Source of the DNA: Tubiluchus corallicola
Lineage: Eukaryota; Animalia; Priapulida
Direction of reading: 5' to 3'
NCBI GenBank assembly: GCA_030141605.1
Contig: JAQGDQ010002371.1
Span: 434,001 to 498,000, forward strand
Length of the DNA: 64,000 bases
The position numbers were made by a program, and so were the translations under genes. The notes below the pieces were generated by a model that saw nothing but the letters and a program-made list of their open reading frames with translations, was not told the origin of the DNA and ran no database searches. This document shows positions 51,001 through 64,000 of this stretch, one piece after another. Every line of letters starts with the position of its first letter. The stretch's first letter is position 1.

Positions 51001-53773
51001 GACGTTTTGGTCTGAACTAGCTTTGTCAGTGTAAATCGGGTATTAATAAAGAAATTATTTCAAATGGCATGTACTTTTTGGCTTCTAAGTTTTAATAAAA
51101 TTTGAACGTTTTGAATTTTTAAATGCTACTTGCGATAATGAAATTATTTCAACTGAAAAGCTTACCCATCTCTTCATTGATAAAGGAAGACCTTTATTTA
51201 CTAAAAGGTAAGCGAGACGAAAAAGATTCTAGATATATTCGTTTGGACCACCACAACAAACTGCTGTTGCGGCGTAGTCGACAAGAATGTTATAAAGTAG
51301 CCTTTGAAGTAAGTGACCTGTGGTAAAGAGAAAAATTACTGCTATATGCAATGTTACCAAAACGTTTTTGTGACGTTTTTGACACGCGTTTCTGCCTAAT
51401 AATTTATTTACTTTTACATTTATTGTTTCACTTCGGATTCGAGGTTCATATCAAATTCAAATTACAAACAAACACAGACAAATGAATATAAAGTTACAAA
51501 ACTCACAAATTACTGTCGTTTACCGATATTTAAGAGACGAATACCCGCAAAAAAATATATATAAAAAAACAAATATAGATAAATAGATAATACATTCAAA
51601 TTACCGACATATTCAGACATGAAGCTCAAAAATCAAAATGAATATTAATAATACGCAAAATTGTATTACACCAAGGACCTTGATTACACCTAGACACACA
51701 AATTTATGACACAATTATTATCATATCATATCACATTTATCATATAATATAAAGTTAAAGCACTTTAATTAGACGAATAAAAATAATCTACACACTACTC
51801 CTGAGCAAGTGAGTGGGTTGCACCAAACTGGTGATGACATTACTATTTAAAGTCGCAATTAAAGAACTATATACAATACTTCAGAGCCTACAAGATAAAC
51901 TATACAAATAGTTTCTTAAAGTAAAACCAAACTACCCTGTGCTTGACAAACAAAGCTCTTACACTGTAGTCAAATGGCTTCTTAGTTTACGTAGTGACAA
52001 TTATGAGGCACCTTCAATTTTTCTATGTTATGATTGTTGCGTCTCCAAATTACCATACCGTTAAAGAAGTGGTGTGTCCGAGAAATAAATACAGTAACGA
52101 CAAGAGAACATTTGAAAAACTTTTAAATAAGCTTATTGGCTCGTAGTCAAAGCAACGACCGTTGTTACTGCCTCCACGAGTATATTGGGAAGCCGCTTAT
52201 ACCTTTAAAGGCGTTTTAATCCATAAGCCTTGTTATGCTACTATTAAATTTCACTTTTTAGCCTTGTTATGGACCGGCTCTGACAGCAAAAACTAGCGTT
52301 GACACGGTACAGGAATTACCAGTGAACCATAACAAATTGCCGCTAACAATAATGTAAGTTGCTTTCAGCTAAAACCAGGCGCAGCAATAAAAAAGTCACT
52401 CGATTATATTTACAGTTATTTATTCATTTACCTATATTTTCTTAATAATTTACTTTACAATTGACGCGCTACGTCAGTCTGTTACATTGTTGTGAGCGTG
52501 GCTGTACGTTTATTGTTAACGGAAAAGATCACAACTTTAAAGCAAATGAAACTTTAATTACACGATTTAACGCTAAAAAATAACTATGTAGCAAGCTTTT
52601 TCCGTAGTAACTAAGACAAAGGAAGTATAAGTTCTTTATTCCTTCACAAGATGTTGGTGATAGCCAAGAAGCCTACATGACTATGATAATACAGTTTGTA
52701 GTCTGCTGGACTGAATGAAAAAAAATCCAGTACCGCGTACTCCGTTCAAATAGACATGTCATTCACTATATGAAATTGTTTTTCAATAAGAAACAATGCT
52801 AAAGGACAAGAAAAGGGATACCTGAAGTAGGTTTCAGAAAAATCACCTTAAAAGTTATATTATTTTATAGAAACTTTGTGCATGTACCGTACTCGCGTTG
52901 AAAGAATTTTTTGTTTGTTTTCATTTTAAATCTGTTCCGACCGCGCCATTACATGACGTCATATACGCACAACGTAAATCAGAGGAAGAAAAGGAAATGT
53001 TAAACTATGTCCCAAAAAAATTTCCATGCAAAGAGACTTAGCATTTCGCTTACCTGCTTGAAAGACGTATGTAACTAGAAAAGAAAATTATTAGTTATTT
53101 AAAATGTTTTCACCAATTGGTAAAATGTCGTTGAAACACCTCCCGGTGCACTGCTCACTAACCGAAAACGTATTTTTAATTTTATTGACAAGAAACAGTA
53201 ATCTAAAATTTAGCTTAGCTAGTGACATGTGCGCTACGAATGTTCTGATTATTACTTGGCTGCGTCTAGCGGTCACCGCTGAAATTTAAATGTACATGTT
53301 TTATACAGCGTTACTTCCGACACAAGCCCTGTATGCAAAAAGACAGTGCGTAAGTAGTATAAAATTTAAAGAGACGAATTATTAAATTTTATGTAAGTGG
53401 ATTGTTTTTTGCGCTTTGACCGTTGGCACGCAAATCACTGCATGCTTCACTTATTTTTTTAAGAAATTAAATGAACCAAAAACTTCAGCCTATATGACTG
53501 CGATTTCACTAAGAAAAATCGACCTAGTTATGTATGGGTGACGATTAGAAGTTCCATAGTCGAAACTAAAACTATAAATGAAACTGGATTTTTAAAAAAA
53601 TAAGAAATCAGTACAATGCGTTTGACGCCTTAGTACTTAGTAGGCGTACAAGTATAAATGAATTGTTGAACAGAAAATGGCAATCATAATTGGCCGATAT
53701 TTAAGCCATAATAAGATTTATTTAATGTTTATTTTGTTTTATAATCCTTCAAATTGGTACAACTACAGCAGGA

Positions 53774-53933
<160 letters not shown>

Positions 53934-54232
53934 TTATTTCGAGCATAAAAATATACAGAGCATAGACTTTTTCCCTTTATTATTTTAATGTTTATTTTAC
54001 TGTATAATCCACCAAACAATTATTTTGCATGCAGTTATTAGCACGACTCATTTAACGGAATGACAATTGAAAAATAATAAAGGGGCAAGAGTTTACAGCC
54101 CGAGTATACAACTTTTTAACAGCTTTATAATTAAGGTTGAGCATAGTTGCAAACTCTATTACAGAAAGTGCGAGAATTTGAGATGGGGGAGATAAGGAGA
54201 AGATAATTATGGCGAGGAAAGAACGGAAGCAC

Positions 54233-54241
54233 GTGTGTGTG

Positions 54242-54304
<63 letters not shown>
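54233..54304. repeat. (GT)n microsatellite
   Basis: Directly visible in the sequence. Confidence 0.97.
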
Positions 54305-54309
<5 letters not shown>

Positions 54310-54394
54310 CGCGATACAAAGCCACATTTAATTAAGTTATTAAATTTTGTGATCAAAAGGAATGAATTTCGGACTGGATTTTTCGCGGAGACAT

Positions 54395-54460
54395 ACAGTG
54401 ACCCAGTCGTTTAAAGCGTCTTCTTGTAAGTAAAATGTCACTGGTTCAAATACAAGCTGT
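54395..54460 (+). pseudogene. tRNA-derived remnant (SINE head or pseudo-tRNA, Thr-UGU-like)
   Basis: A-box-like GTGACCCAGTCGTTTAAAGC, loop CTTGTAA and B-box GGTTCAAATAC at tRNA-like spacing. The stems do not pair well. Confidence 0.35.
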
Positions 54461-54489
54461 ATTCCAAATTTTTTCCGTCGTTCAAGTTA

Positions 54490-55690
54490 AGCATCAAAAT
54501 TGTAATTTTGCGTCGTGACTTTTTGACCCGCTTGAGTTAGGACCCGAAAATTGAAAATATGTCCATCTTTGATGAAAAATTACTCCTACAAGAAGCGCCA
54601 CCTACCAAGACGGAGCACAGTGGTGATTGTTTCAATTTTCTATCCAACGATGTGCCACACAGCTGCCACTGCCACAGGCCAGCCATGCTACGCCCGTATT
54701 TCTGGACCAATGTCGGTACCATACTTATATATTGCAGGTATCAACATGGTTTCCCTTAAACGCTCAGTGAACGAAAGCCATACAGAGACTTACCATGTAT
54801 CATTTGTTTCGCCCTAAAACGTAAAGTAGAATCGCGTGCGCCACTCAAAATTGCGAGTTTCATTTAGCCATAAAGTGGCGATATGTAAGATGCTAGATAC
54901 TGAGAATGTGCACATTCAGAATCTGGTTAAATTTTTGCTCTATGAGGCTTAGTTCTGAGATACGAATCTTTTAGGAATAACTAAAAAACTAGACAGGGCT
55001 ACTTGACCAAATTTGGTTTACTTTGGTCTACCCAAATAGCCAGGGTAGAAGGTCACCTTGCCTTATAATTTTGGGTCGTGACCCTTTGACCCGCCTGAGT
55101 TATGACCCGAAAACCGTCGAAATATGTTTATTTTTGAAAAGCTATTGTTCTTATAAGAAGTACAACTTATCCAAACAAAAATAAGCAAGTAAAGTACTAG
55201 GCCTTGGTTATAAACACCCGCCCCTTTTGGTCGAACCCGAACTGTTGCTGTTTCACAAGGTGTTAAACATGCAGTTGTCAATGCAATTCTTAATATCTTG
55301 GGCAATAGGAAAAAAACGACATGGCTTCCTTTAAAGGTTCTGTAAAAATACATAACATAACAGATTTGCCATGAAACATAGAATAAGATTTTTTGTTTAT
55401 CCGAAAATAACCGAAATATAGCAAATTGCACAAACGAGATGTTTCCCTTAATATATGAGACGAAGGGGTCGAAATGCCTAATTTGCGAAGCCATATCTCT
55501 TAAAAAAGCCTAACGGAAGCTATTTTGAATCACGTTACTCACCACTGAAATCCTGAAAACAGAACTGTCCTTGTGGCCCTAGGCTGAGAAATCAATAAGA
55601 CCTCAAGGTCTTAATTTTTGCGGTAACTCACCAACACTTTATCTTTACGTTACTCAAGGCAAAGGCACCACTTACCTAGATGGCAGCGGT
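54490..55690. mobile_element. Unclassified interspersed repeat with internal direct repeats, abutting the duplication breakpoint
   Basis: GACCCGCTTGAGTTAGGACCCGAAAA at about 54526 recurs as GACCCGCCTGAGTTATGACCCGAAAA at about 55088, with similar downstream sequence. Confidence 0.4.
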
Positions 55691-56980
55691 AAAGTGCAGA
55701 GAACCACAGAATGGTAATATACAATGTAAATTTCTATTCTGTGGTTCTCTGCAATTTACCGATGACAGTTTTGAGCCTGAGCAGACCAGGTGTACTGACT
55801 TAATGTCAGGTTTAAAAGGAAAAGAAGACTAAAAAGACTGATACTCGCTGCTCTTTTCTTTGGCTTTGTGTTGAGTAGTAGATGTGTGTAGCCACTAAAA
55901 TTACTATCATTACATTCATTTGCAGAAATGCCATGAGGCATGTTAATCCTAAATAAAGCATGTTTGAGAAATTGCAGGCTGAAATAAGTTAGTATCGGTT
56001 TATCTAAAATGTTTTTGTGAGTTACAACTTACAATAGTAATATTAAAACAATTATGATCATTGCAAAATTGGTCAGTAACTTCTGATCTAGGTAAAATAT
56101 AGTTTTCATAAAATTTAACCAGAAATGTTAATTATAATCTCTAATTACTGTGCATTTTTAACCCAGAAAGTTGTGAATAACAGTCTATTTTTAGATCATA
56201 GATTTGATCTGGAGTATACAGTATATTATTGTTTATACAGCCAGCAATGGAACACTATACAGGACTCCTATAGTTTCCGTACAGCTGTAGTTTAGTAAAT
56301 AAATTGTTTGCCTTCTTATTTGATATATTCCAAGATTATTTTTGGTCGTCTGTGGTGTTTGTAATGCTGTGATGTAATTTGTGTAAGATTGTGTGACTTA
56401 GCACATGTGTGTGCAAATTGTTAAATGCACCAGAGATACCAGTGACCTCACCGACAAAATTAAAGCAACTTATTTTTGCCTGTACAAAGCTTTTAATCAA
56501 TTTTTAAATGTAAGATGGTTATCACAAATGTCTAAATTATATTTTGACATCTAATCATATTTTGTCTTCAGCATTTAATAAACTTAGAGATAATATTTAT
56601 TTAATTTTTCAAATTAATTAAGTGTACAGCAATAATGGTTAATGGCTTTTATAATTTAAATAAAGTTTCACACTGCAACAAAATAATAAAAGAATTATCA
56701 TTAAATTTTTGTGTTTAATTTTAATAATGCTGTATTAACCTAGTAACATTTATGTTTAAAATGAATGTGTTTGTTATACTAGCTTTTATGCAGAAGTGTT
56801 TCAACATTAAATCAAACCTATTTTCTAAAACTAGAAAAGACAACGCAATGCTGCTGGCAATCTAATAGACAGGCCTATTTAATCTAATTTTTTATTGGGG
56901 GAAAAACTTATCAGTCCCAACATACCTATCGAGATTTTTATTCTTGCATTCGTAGTTTTCTGTATAGCTACTGTAGCACC

Positions 56981-59900
56981 TTAATGGTAATGCTTTTTCT
57001 TTGAAATGACGCTTTTGAATAGTTTTGCAATACGGGCCAAAAATTCATAGATATGCTGTAAAATTTCAAAGGCATCACAGATTAAGGAAGCAGTTTGTTG
57101 TGCAAAGTTGATCAGAAAGTTGATTAAAGTTTCAAATTGTTCTTCCGTTAAAATGCATCTTTCCGTAAACACTGCACTAGGACAAGTTGACGCGGTTTCC
57201 TGTACGCTGACTGTCTCCATTGTTATATCACCCCATGTGAACAGAGTGCCGGTATTTGAACAACTCGTGCTCATTGCTTCTGAAATAAAGATTTTGGAAC
57301 ATTTTTAATTACATTTGCTATTACCTAAAGTATAAATTCTTATATGATATTCTATTCTAATTAAATGCACATCGTTCACTTCCCACAGTTCTACTTGCAG
57401 CTTCACTGATTATAATCTGCAGGGCCCGACTTAATTAGATAAGAGAGGCCCTTGACTGCTCTACTTGTGAGGCCCATCCCAATGCACCACCATCGATTAC
57501 GACTATAGAAGGGGAAGAGTTTTAGTGAAGCCGAGGATGATGAATATCATAATACCGTAGTTAGTAAAAACAATGCATAAATAAAAAAACAATTGCAAAC
57601 TTTTGCAAGAACTGAGTTTTGCAAAGATTTTAAAGAATTATTGGGAATTTTTAGAAAAATTAGCCTGCTAGTTTATCTTCAGGTGATACATAAACTGATT
57701 TTTAAAAGTCTACTGCTCAGTTCGCTACAACTGGGGCAGAAATTGCCGTCAAATTGAAATAATAATTAGCTTGCTTCTTTCACATCACTAAAACAAATCT
57801 TCAATAGTTATTAGAAAAGAATAATTCAGGGTGCACCCAGAGATATTATTGAATAAAATAGAAGGCTTATTTAGAAACTAGTGCACAAAATGCATAGGAA
57901 AGACTTGTAACAGTAATAAGATAATTATACTTTACCATTACCAGAGCCAGCCCCCTCCCGGATTTTAAGGCCCCAGCTTCAGCCTGTCTAGTCTATAAGT
58001 AAATCCGACCCTGATAATCTGCATTTTCATATGCTAATACTTTGATATGCCTTTCAGTTTACGACATTGTAACATGAACCGTAATGACTGCGACCAGAAT
58101 TATTATAAATTTTGCATATCATAGTAAGAGTAATCGTTTTGTATATAAGTAAAATCTGCCACAGTAATTACAAACAGTTTGAGATAAATATAACAGCTTT
58201 ACAATAAAAGAGTATCTCTTTTCCAGCTGAATAATTAGTTTATTTACCTATTACATTTTCCTCTAATTTGCTGTCAAATATTGTAATATCTGTAACACAT
58301 CCTCGAAAGCTCTGTCGTTCTTCAAAGCCGCTTTCCACATTGTCTTGGTCTTGCCCAAAAATCAGACATCCGCCTGATTGGATTGAATCTGCGCCATCTC
58401 CAGTAAATGTACCTGTTTCTATCGTTAAATAATTAGTTAAAACTATGTACAATATGTAGCAAAAAAGACAAAATGCAAAGGCACTGCCACGCAAATATCA
58501 TTGCTATAATTTGTAAGTGACAGTACTTAAGTGAGTTCGCTTCGCGAAAACAACATCAGCCTATATTGAGAGAGCAGAATGAATAGCTGCAGCGATCACA
58601 GGACGTGATTAAACTGAACTAGAAACACATTATCCTAACTGGGTAGTCCAATAGTTGCAAACTGTTACAGTAACTGTACACAATATTTTTTAATATAAAT
58701 AAAGGATAATTATCTTTTGAATTAATAATTATTATCACTCTCAACTGTTTATGTTTTTTAATTTTTAGCATATAAGATTCATTGAAATTAATTTATACAT
58801 GTCACTTCATTGAATTCTAAATGTGAAAACTCCATGGCATATGTATAGTGCGAGGTATTATTTAAGAAGCAAGAGCTACTAAAACTTGTGTAGGTGGAAA
58901 TAAAATAATTATTTGTCTAGTGTAATGAAAAAACTAAATGGAAGCACGTTTGCACGGACCTGTTACTCCATCCACTGTTACGCAAAATGAACCGTCCATT
59001 GACCAGCCAATACAAACATAATGCCATTCATTGTCCCTCAGATTGGCTGCAATATCTGTAATCGTCCTGCCATAGTAAAATAACGTAACAGCGTTAACTG
59101 TGTATTAGTATTTAATAAAGTGTCATTGCAGCATTTACGTGGTAAACATTTCCATTCTTTCACGGTTTATTTATAATTGAATTCCATTATAAACTTGACA
59201 TTTGTGCGGCAAGTGTGGTAGTATGGACGCATTATAGGTAATTTGTTAGCGATAAGGAAACTGAAGATCATATGAGAATCTGGTATGTCACTGTTGCTCT
59301 TACTGATAAAATTGTGCTATACTATCAAATTGCACTTCTAAAAACCGATACCCCATAGAATTTCTATACCTAAGTGAAGTGTTGTTCCGACAGATTGGTT
59401 CCGGTATTTGCGAAAAAATGCGGGTTCGGTAACGGTTTTGAAGAAAATAAAAAAATCTGTGTTGGTTTGGTATTGGTTTCGAGGAAAATAAAAATCTGTG
59501 TCGGTTCGGATGGATTTTTCGGGTTCGGAACAACACTAACGCTTATACATATTTCAACATAAACTGTGAAGGTCTCTCGTTGCGTAATTACTTGATAGCA
59601 TTAGCAGCAAGATGTTTAAACATGGACAGGCAAACATCTCCAGTTTTGAAAGATATTTGTAATTTTCCACTTGTGAACACAAATGTTCATAATTTGCATT
59701 TATAGCTGATCTAAACAATAATCAATGATCGGTTAATCGGTATTGGTTTTGAGGAAATCATCATCTGTTTTCAAAGATAATCAATAATATATCGATTCGA
59801 TACTGGTTTTGGGAAAAATCGGTATCGGTTCATATCGGTTCGGATCGGTTTTTTCAGTTCGGAATAACACTCCATATGCCAGCAATAAGCTAGAATATAA

Positions 59901-60963
59901 TGATGTTTCAATACATTTCTAGGTATTGTTATACTACTTTCAAATAGATCATAAAATTACATAATTATAGGCCAATTTGAAAGTTGAGTTTTTCTTGGCG
60001 TACCTTTATTTTAGGCTGTATATCAACACATCATCAACGACTCATTTGCCTGAATTTCACATTTCTAAGAAAGTGTAAGAAAGAACCTTAACATTTGAAA
60101 AGTTTTGACAAATTATGTGAGACAAAAGTATAGAAGTTTTTAGAAAAGTCTGAAAAAGATCAAAGAAAAAGTTTTATTGTGAAAGAAATAGAATCTTATG
60201 TTAGTAGTTCGTAGTATAATCTCACTGTAGCTCTCCATTGACAAATACAAGAATGTCGTTTCCTCGCACTAAGACTAAAAACTGGTTAGATGCAGCAGCC
60301 GGACCAGTAGCATATGACATAAGTGCAATGTCATCATCTTTGGCTTCAGGATTACCAGTAAATGGGACGTCAGTTTTCATCCACTAGAAAATTACATTTA
60401 TAGTGATATTAGAGATAGCTGGCGATAGGCAATAATGCCCCACTAGTCATTATTCACGAGGTTATAGGGAAAATAATCGAGTGCAGCATTTAAATTAAAT
60501 TAACAAAATCATTACAGTCTATTTGTTCTGTCACAAAATAGATATCAGACACTCAGTTCACTAGATTGTCAAAAAGATTCGAGATTTGAGTGATTGCATC
60601 TTGGTAAAACATCATTTGCCTTCAGATTTATGTGGCCTTTTTGTTCTAGTTAGGTACTCCTACAGTATATCATAGTAAGTGATGAGTGAGAAGGTAGCAA
60701 CATTTGTTAAAAACCTATAGTGTTCATCTCTTTACCCTTCGGAACCATAGTGGACGACTATGACTAGGATAAAATCATTTCAGCAGACTCAGCTTCTTTA
60801 TGTTCCTCTGAGTTTTTTACAGAAATGAGGCTTACCATGCATGTTGTCATGGCGTCCAAATCAGTAGTGATTACATTATTTAGTTTTATATAATCTTCTG
60901 TACCACGTTCCGGAAATACAACCATAGTCTCTTCTGTAGCGTTTGTACAAGTTGGGGTCAGAC
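56981..60963 (-). CDS. Pentraxin-domain protein, copy C (recent duplicate of A); 5' exon expected beyond the window
   Basis: In-phase exons 60963-60836, 60383-60226, 59066-58960, 58418-58248 and 57279-56981, with the same motifs as copy A and no stops. Confidence 0.88.
57420..58013. mobile_element. hAT-family MITE (duplicate of 25273-25876)
   Basis: Same TIRs and the same ATAATCTG TSD. Confidence 0.85.
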
Positions 60964-63900
60964 CTACAACAAAATTAAAATACCTGTAATCTGATGATTC
61001 TGATTGCACTGAGGTGACATTGTGATTGATTCGGCAGGCTCATACCCAACTGAACAATAACGAAGCACACATTGGGACCACTGGGACACTTAATTGCAAG
61101 CACACCACCTTAATATAATATGTCACATTCAGCTACTGTTTATCTTCTAGTTAGGTCCAGTGAGTAGCACGTTACCATATATATTATTCGGATTCCAGCC
61201 AAAGTCTGCTGTCAGACTTACGTGCTAGGACTGCCAACCCTGAGTCCCGTCCATCGATTAGATTTTTTTGAAGCCCGTCCGTCTCCATAGTCCATCTCCG
61301 TTTCCGTGCTAAGAATGGCTAACTAAAAGCTGTTCTTTTTAACTTCTGAATGAGTGTTCTTTCGAGGCAGATTTTTGTTTTAGTCGTAGTACTTGAGGTT
61401 CTGTGCTGAAGTGTGCATAAATTAAAAGAAATTTCTAGAAAATTAACATTAAAAGCCGTTATGACATCTATTCCAAGGCAGTTGGACTCGTGGAACCCAT
61501 TTCTGTAATTTTCATTTCAACAATGACGACCGCCTTCAAAATGGCCGTCATTAGACTAGAAGAAAATCATGAAAGGAGCTTCTATAAATTTCTAGAGGCA
61601 TTTTTTCTAAAAGTGGGCAACATAGCCAATGTTAGCAAAGTTTGTTGTTGGCTTGAAAATCTAATGGAAAATGGTAAAAAATGCAAAAAATACAGTGGCT
61701 GCAAATTTTTTGCGCACACAATGTAAATCAAAACAAGTTCCCTGAAAATTGATATTATGAAGTGATGATGACATCTATTCCATTGACTTTGCTACCCGTT
61801 TCTGTTACTTTTGTACAGAAATGGTCACGGTTTTCAAAATGGCTGCCATACAAAAATAAATTGTGCCGACTAATTATATTACCTGTTTCATCTAAGGATT
61901 TATTATAAAAATATAAGGCAGGTCATTTTTGTTAATTCGACCTTGACTCTAAATACTGCTAGACTAATAACTAATATTTAAAAATGAGCAAAAAGGAAAA
62001 TGGCTGCCGTGCATTTCGTGTAAAAGTTATAAAATTTAGCGGAATACTAGAATGTCAAGGTGATTAATTTTGGATAAAATAAGTCTTGCAATATGGGCGC
62101 TATTTTCAAGATGGCCAACATGGTTCGCTGGCATATAAAGGTTATATTACATAAAATTCAAACCCATCAAAGTGATCAATTTTGGATATGAGGTCAGACG
62201 AAAATCATCCAATATTGCCACCATTTCAAAAATTGCTAAGAAGATGAAGGCTATTGCTAATTTTTTTAAAGCCGTATCTTAGCTACTAGAGCTTAAGTTT
62301 TATTTATGGGTTGCTTGGCCCCTGCATGACACCAAAATCTTCTTATCTGTTCTAATGGTTAAGATATATTATAGCCTTTACATGCTAGCGAGCCATCTTT
62401 TTGGTCATCTTGAAAATGGCGCCCATATTGAATAATTTTTTATCCAAAATTACTTACCTTGACATTCTAGCATTCTGCTAAATTTATAACCTTTACACGA
62501 AATGAACAATTTTCACGATTTTGCTGGACTATACGTCAAGCACGTCAGCGACAGCCACTATCTTTTTTGCTCATTTCTTATTATTAGTTATTAATCTAAC
62601 AGTATTTAGAGTCAACAAGGTCGGCCGTTTTGTTTTTAGCTTATTGGGCTGTTTGAATCGCTTTGTATTACTTTCATACTAGTAGCAGCTATCTAGATTC
62701 GAGAAGATCCAGTTGATTGGTTCTTGTTTGTCTAATAAATCTATGATAAAACAGTTAATGCAATAGCGTGATCGGCATTATTGCTTGGCAGCCATTTTGA
62801 AAACGGTAACCATTTTTGAAATGAAAATGACAGAAATGAGTTCCTCGGGTCCAACTGGAACCTTGGAATAGCTGTCATGTTGCCTTCTTAATATTAATTT
62901 TGTAAACGTTTCTCTTAATTTACGTTGTTTGCACAAAAACTTGGCAGCCATGTTTTTTTGCGTTTAGCCCCTTTCCGCTAATTTTTCGAGATGGCAACAG
63001 GTTTTTCGGATTCAGAGTAGTTAAACTGATAAGACTGGCTATGTTGCCCATTTATAAAAAAGACTAGACTATATATGCTTTTCCTAGTTACCCTTTATAT
63101 GTAAATCGCATTTAGAATGTATCCAAAATTTTACCACACTAGGCTTATTTGCGGTAAGTTTCATTTAAACGAAAATGTATAAAGCTGTAGCCCTTTAACT
63201 GCATGCAAGTCATTACACATGCAGAAAAACGTGTAACATGATAAAATGTTGAAGGACATCATAATAAGCACTGTAGATACACATTCGTGGAACTGTATAT
63301 GCCCGGGGAAGTGTATAACATTTGCGTAATCCTTATGCATTACTAAACATATTAAATTAAGTACGCTATTAAAGGGAAACTAAATATTAAACATACGTTT
63401 GCATTTAATTTTAAATTCAACGAATTTAGCATAAAAGCTTTCTTCTAAATTAAGTCTATTATACACGTACATCGACTAATATTAAAAATATTCACATATT
63501 ACGTGTTACGTAATTCTATCTGCGTCAGCCTGATACACGTATAAATGTAATTTGGTCTACTTACTTTGAAGGTCTGTCACAGAAGATTCCACGAAGCTTT
63601 TATACTGAGTTAGATCGCTTTGTATAGAATCATATCTCGGGAAAGTGAATCTTGTAGGATCATATCGATTGGCACCTATACAGTTAACATAATCAAAATG
63701 TAGCTTCAGTGAAAATATACTAAAAATTGATTGATGTTTTCAAGCTGAAAAACATAACAATATTTTATCGGTCTTCCCATGACTGCGGATAACCGCTGAA
63801 AAAGCAAAAAACTCGCAGTTACACTGGTTTACAACTTTACATTACAAAAGATAGTAACCAGAATCGGGAAGAGCCAATGGCTAGTTCGATATTACTGTTA

Positions 63901-64000
63901 CTGAAGTAGCGTTACTATGGCTTCACACTTGGTCTGTAATCTAAAAGGGAGGCTTGCTCTAAATAAATAATACGCTAATACTTCATGATATCAACTCTCG

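Larger units (their letters stand above)
55687..64000 (+). repeat. Segmental duplication, copy C (matches 23440-31813; continues past the window end)
   Basis: Collinear near-identity with copy A. Confidence 0.95.

Noticed and set aside
54395-54460. Functional tRNA gene
   Set aside because: The A and B boxes are degenerate and the acceptor and anticodon stems do not pair. Kept only as a low-confidence remnant.
55687-64000. Copy C as an uncollapsed allelic haplotype of copy A
   Set aside because: The left flanks are unrelated (BBS12 versus a repeat) and copy B lies between them, which favours a true tandem duplication. This cannot be fully excluded without read depth.

Overview
AT-rich, intron-rich eukaryotic DNA from an animal. 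A marine invertebrate such as a tunicate is plausible, but that is inference. Genes were reconstructed by hand from GT-AG splice sites and reading phase. (1) The 5' part of an ABCB1/P-glycoprotein-type ABC transporter on the minus strand: five coding exons at 5347-851, running off the window start, with an unusually long, Cys-containing first extracellular loop. (2) A divergently oriented, multi-exon BBS12 (chaperonin-like Bardet-Biedl protein) on the plus strand, about 15052-22803. It has an RFX X-box and a 258-bp near-perfect inverted repeat at its 5' end. (3) A minus-strand tandem cluster of three pentraxin-domain genes. Copies A (24834-32630) and C (56981 to beyond 60963) lie in a recent segmental duplication of at least 8.3 kb whose left breakpoint falls inside a DNA hairpin. 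Copy B (37113 to about 50371) is older and its exons do not splice in phase. All three end in a conserved Cys-containing amphipathic helical tail after the pentraxin domain. The rest is transposon debris: an Academ-like fragment, two LINE reverse-transcriptase remnants, hAT-type MITEs with 8-bp TSDs (one carrying a Gypsy gag remnant), foldback and Helentron-like elements, a 42-bp minisatellite and microsatellites. No rRNA, intact tRNA or CRISPR array was seen.
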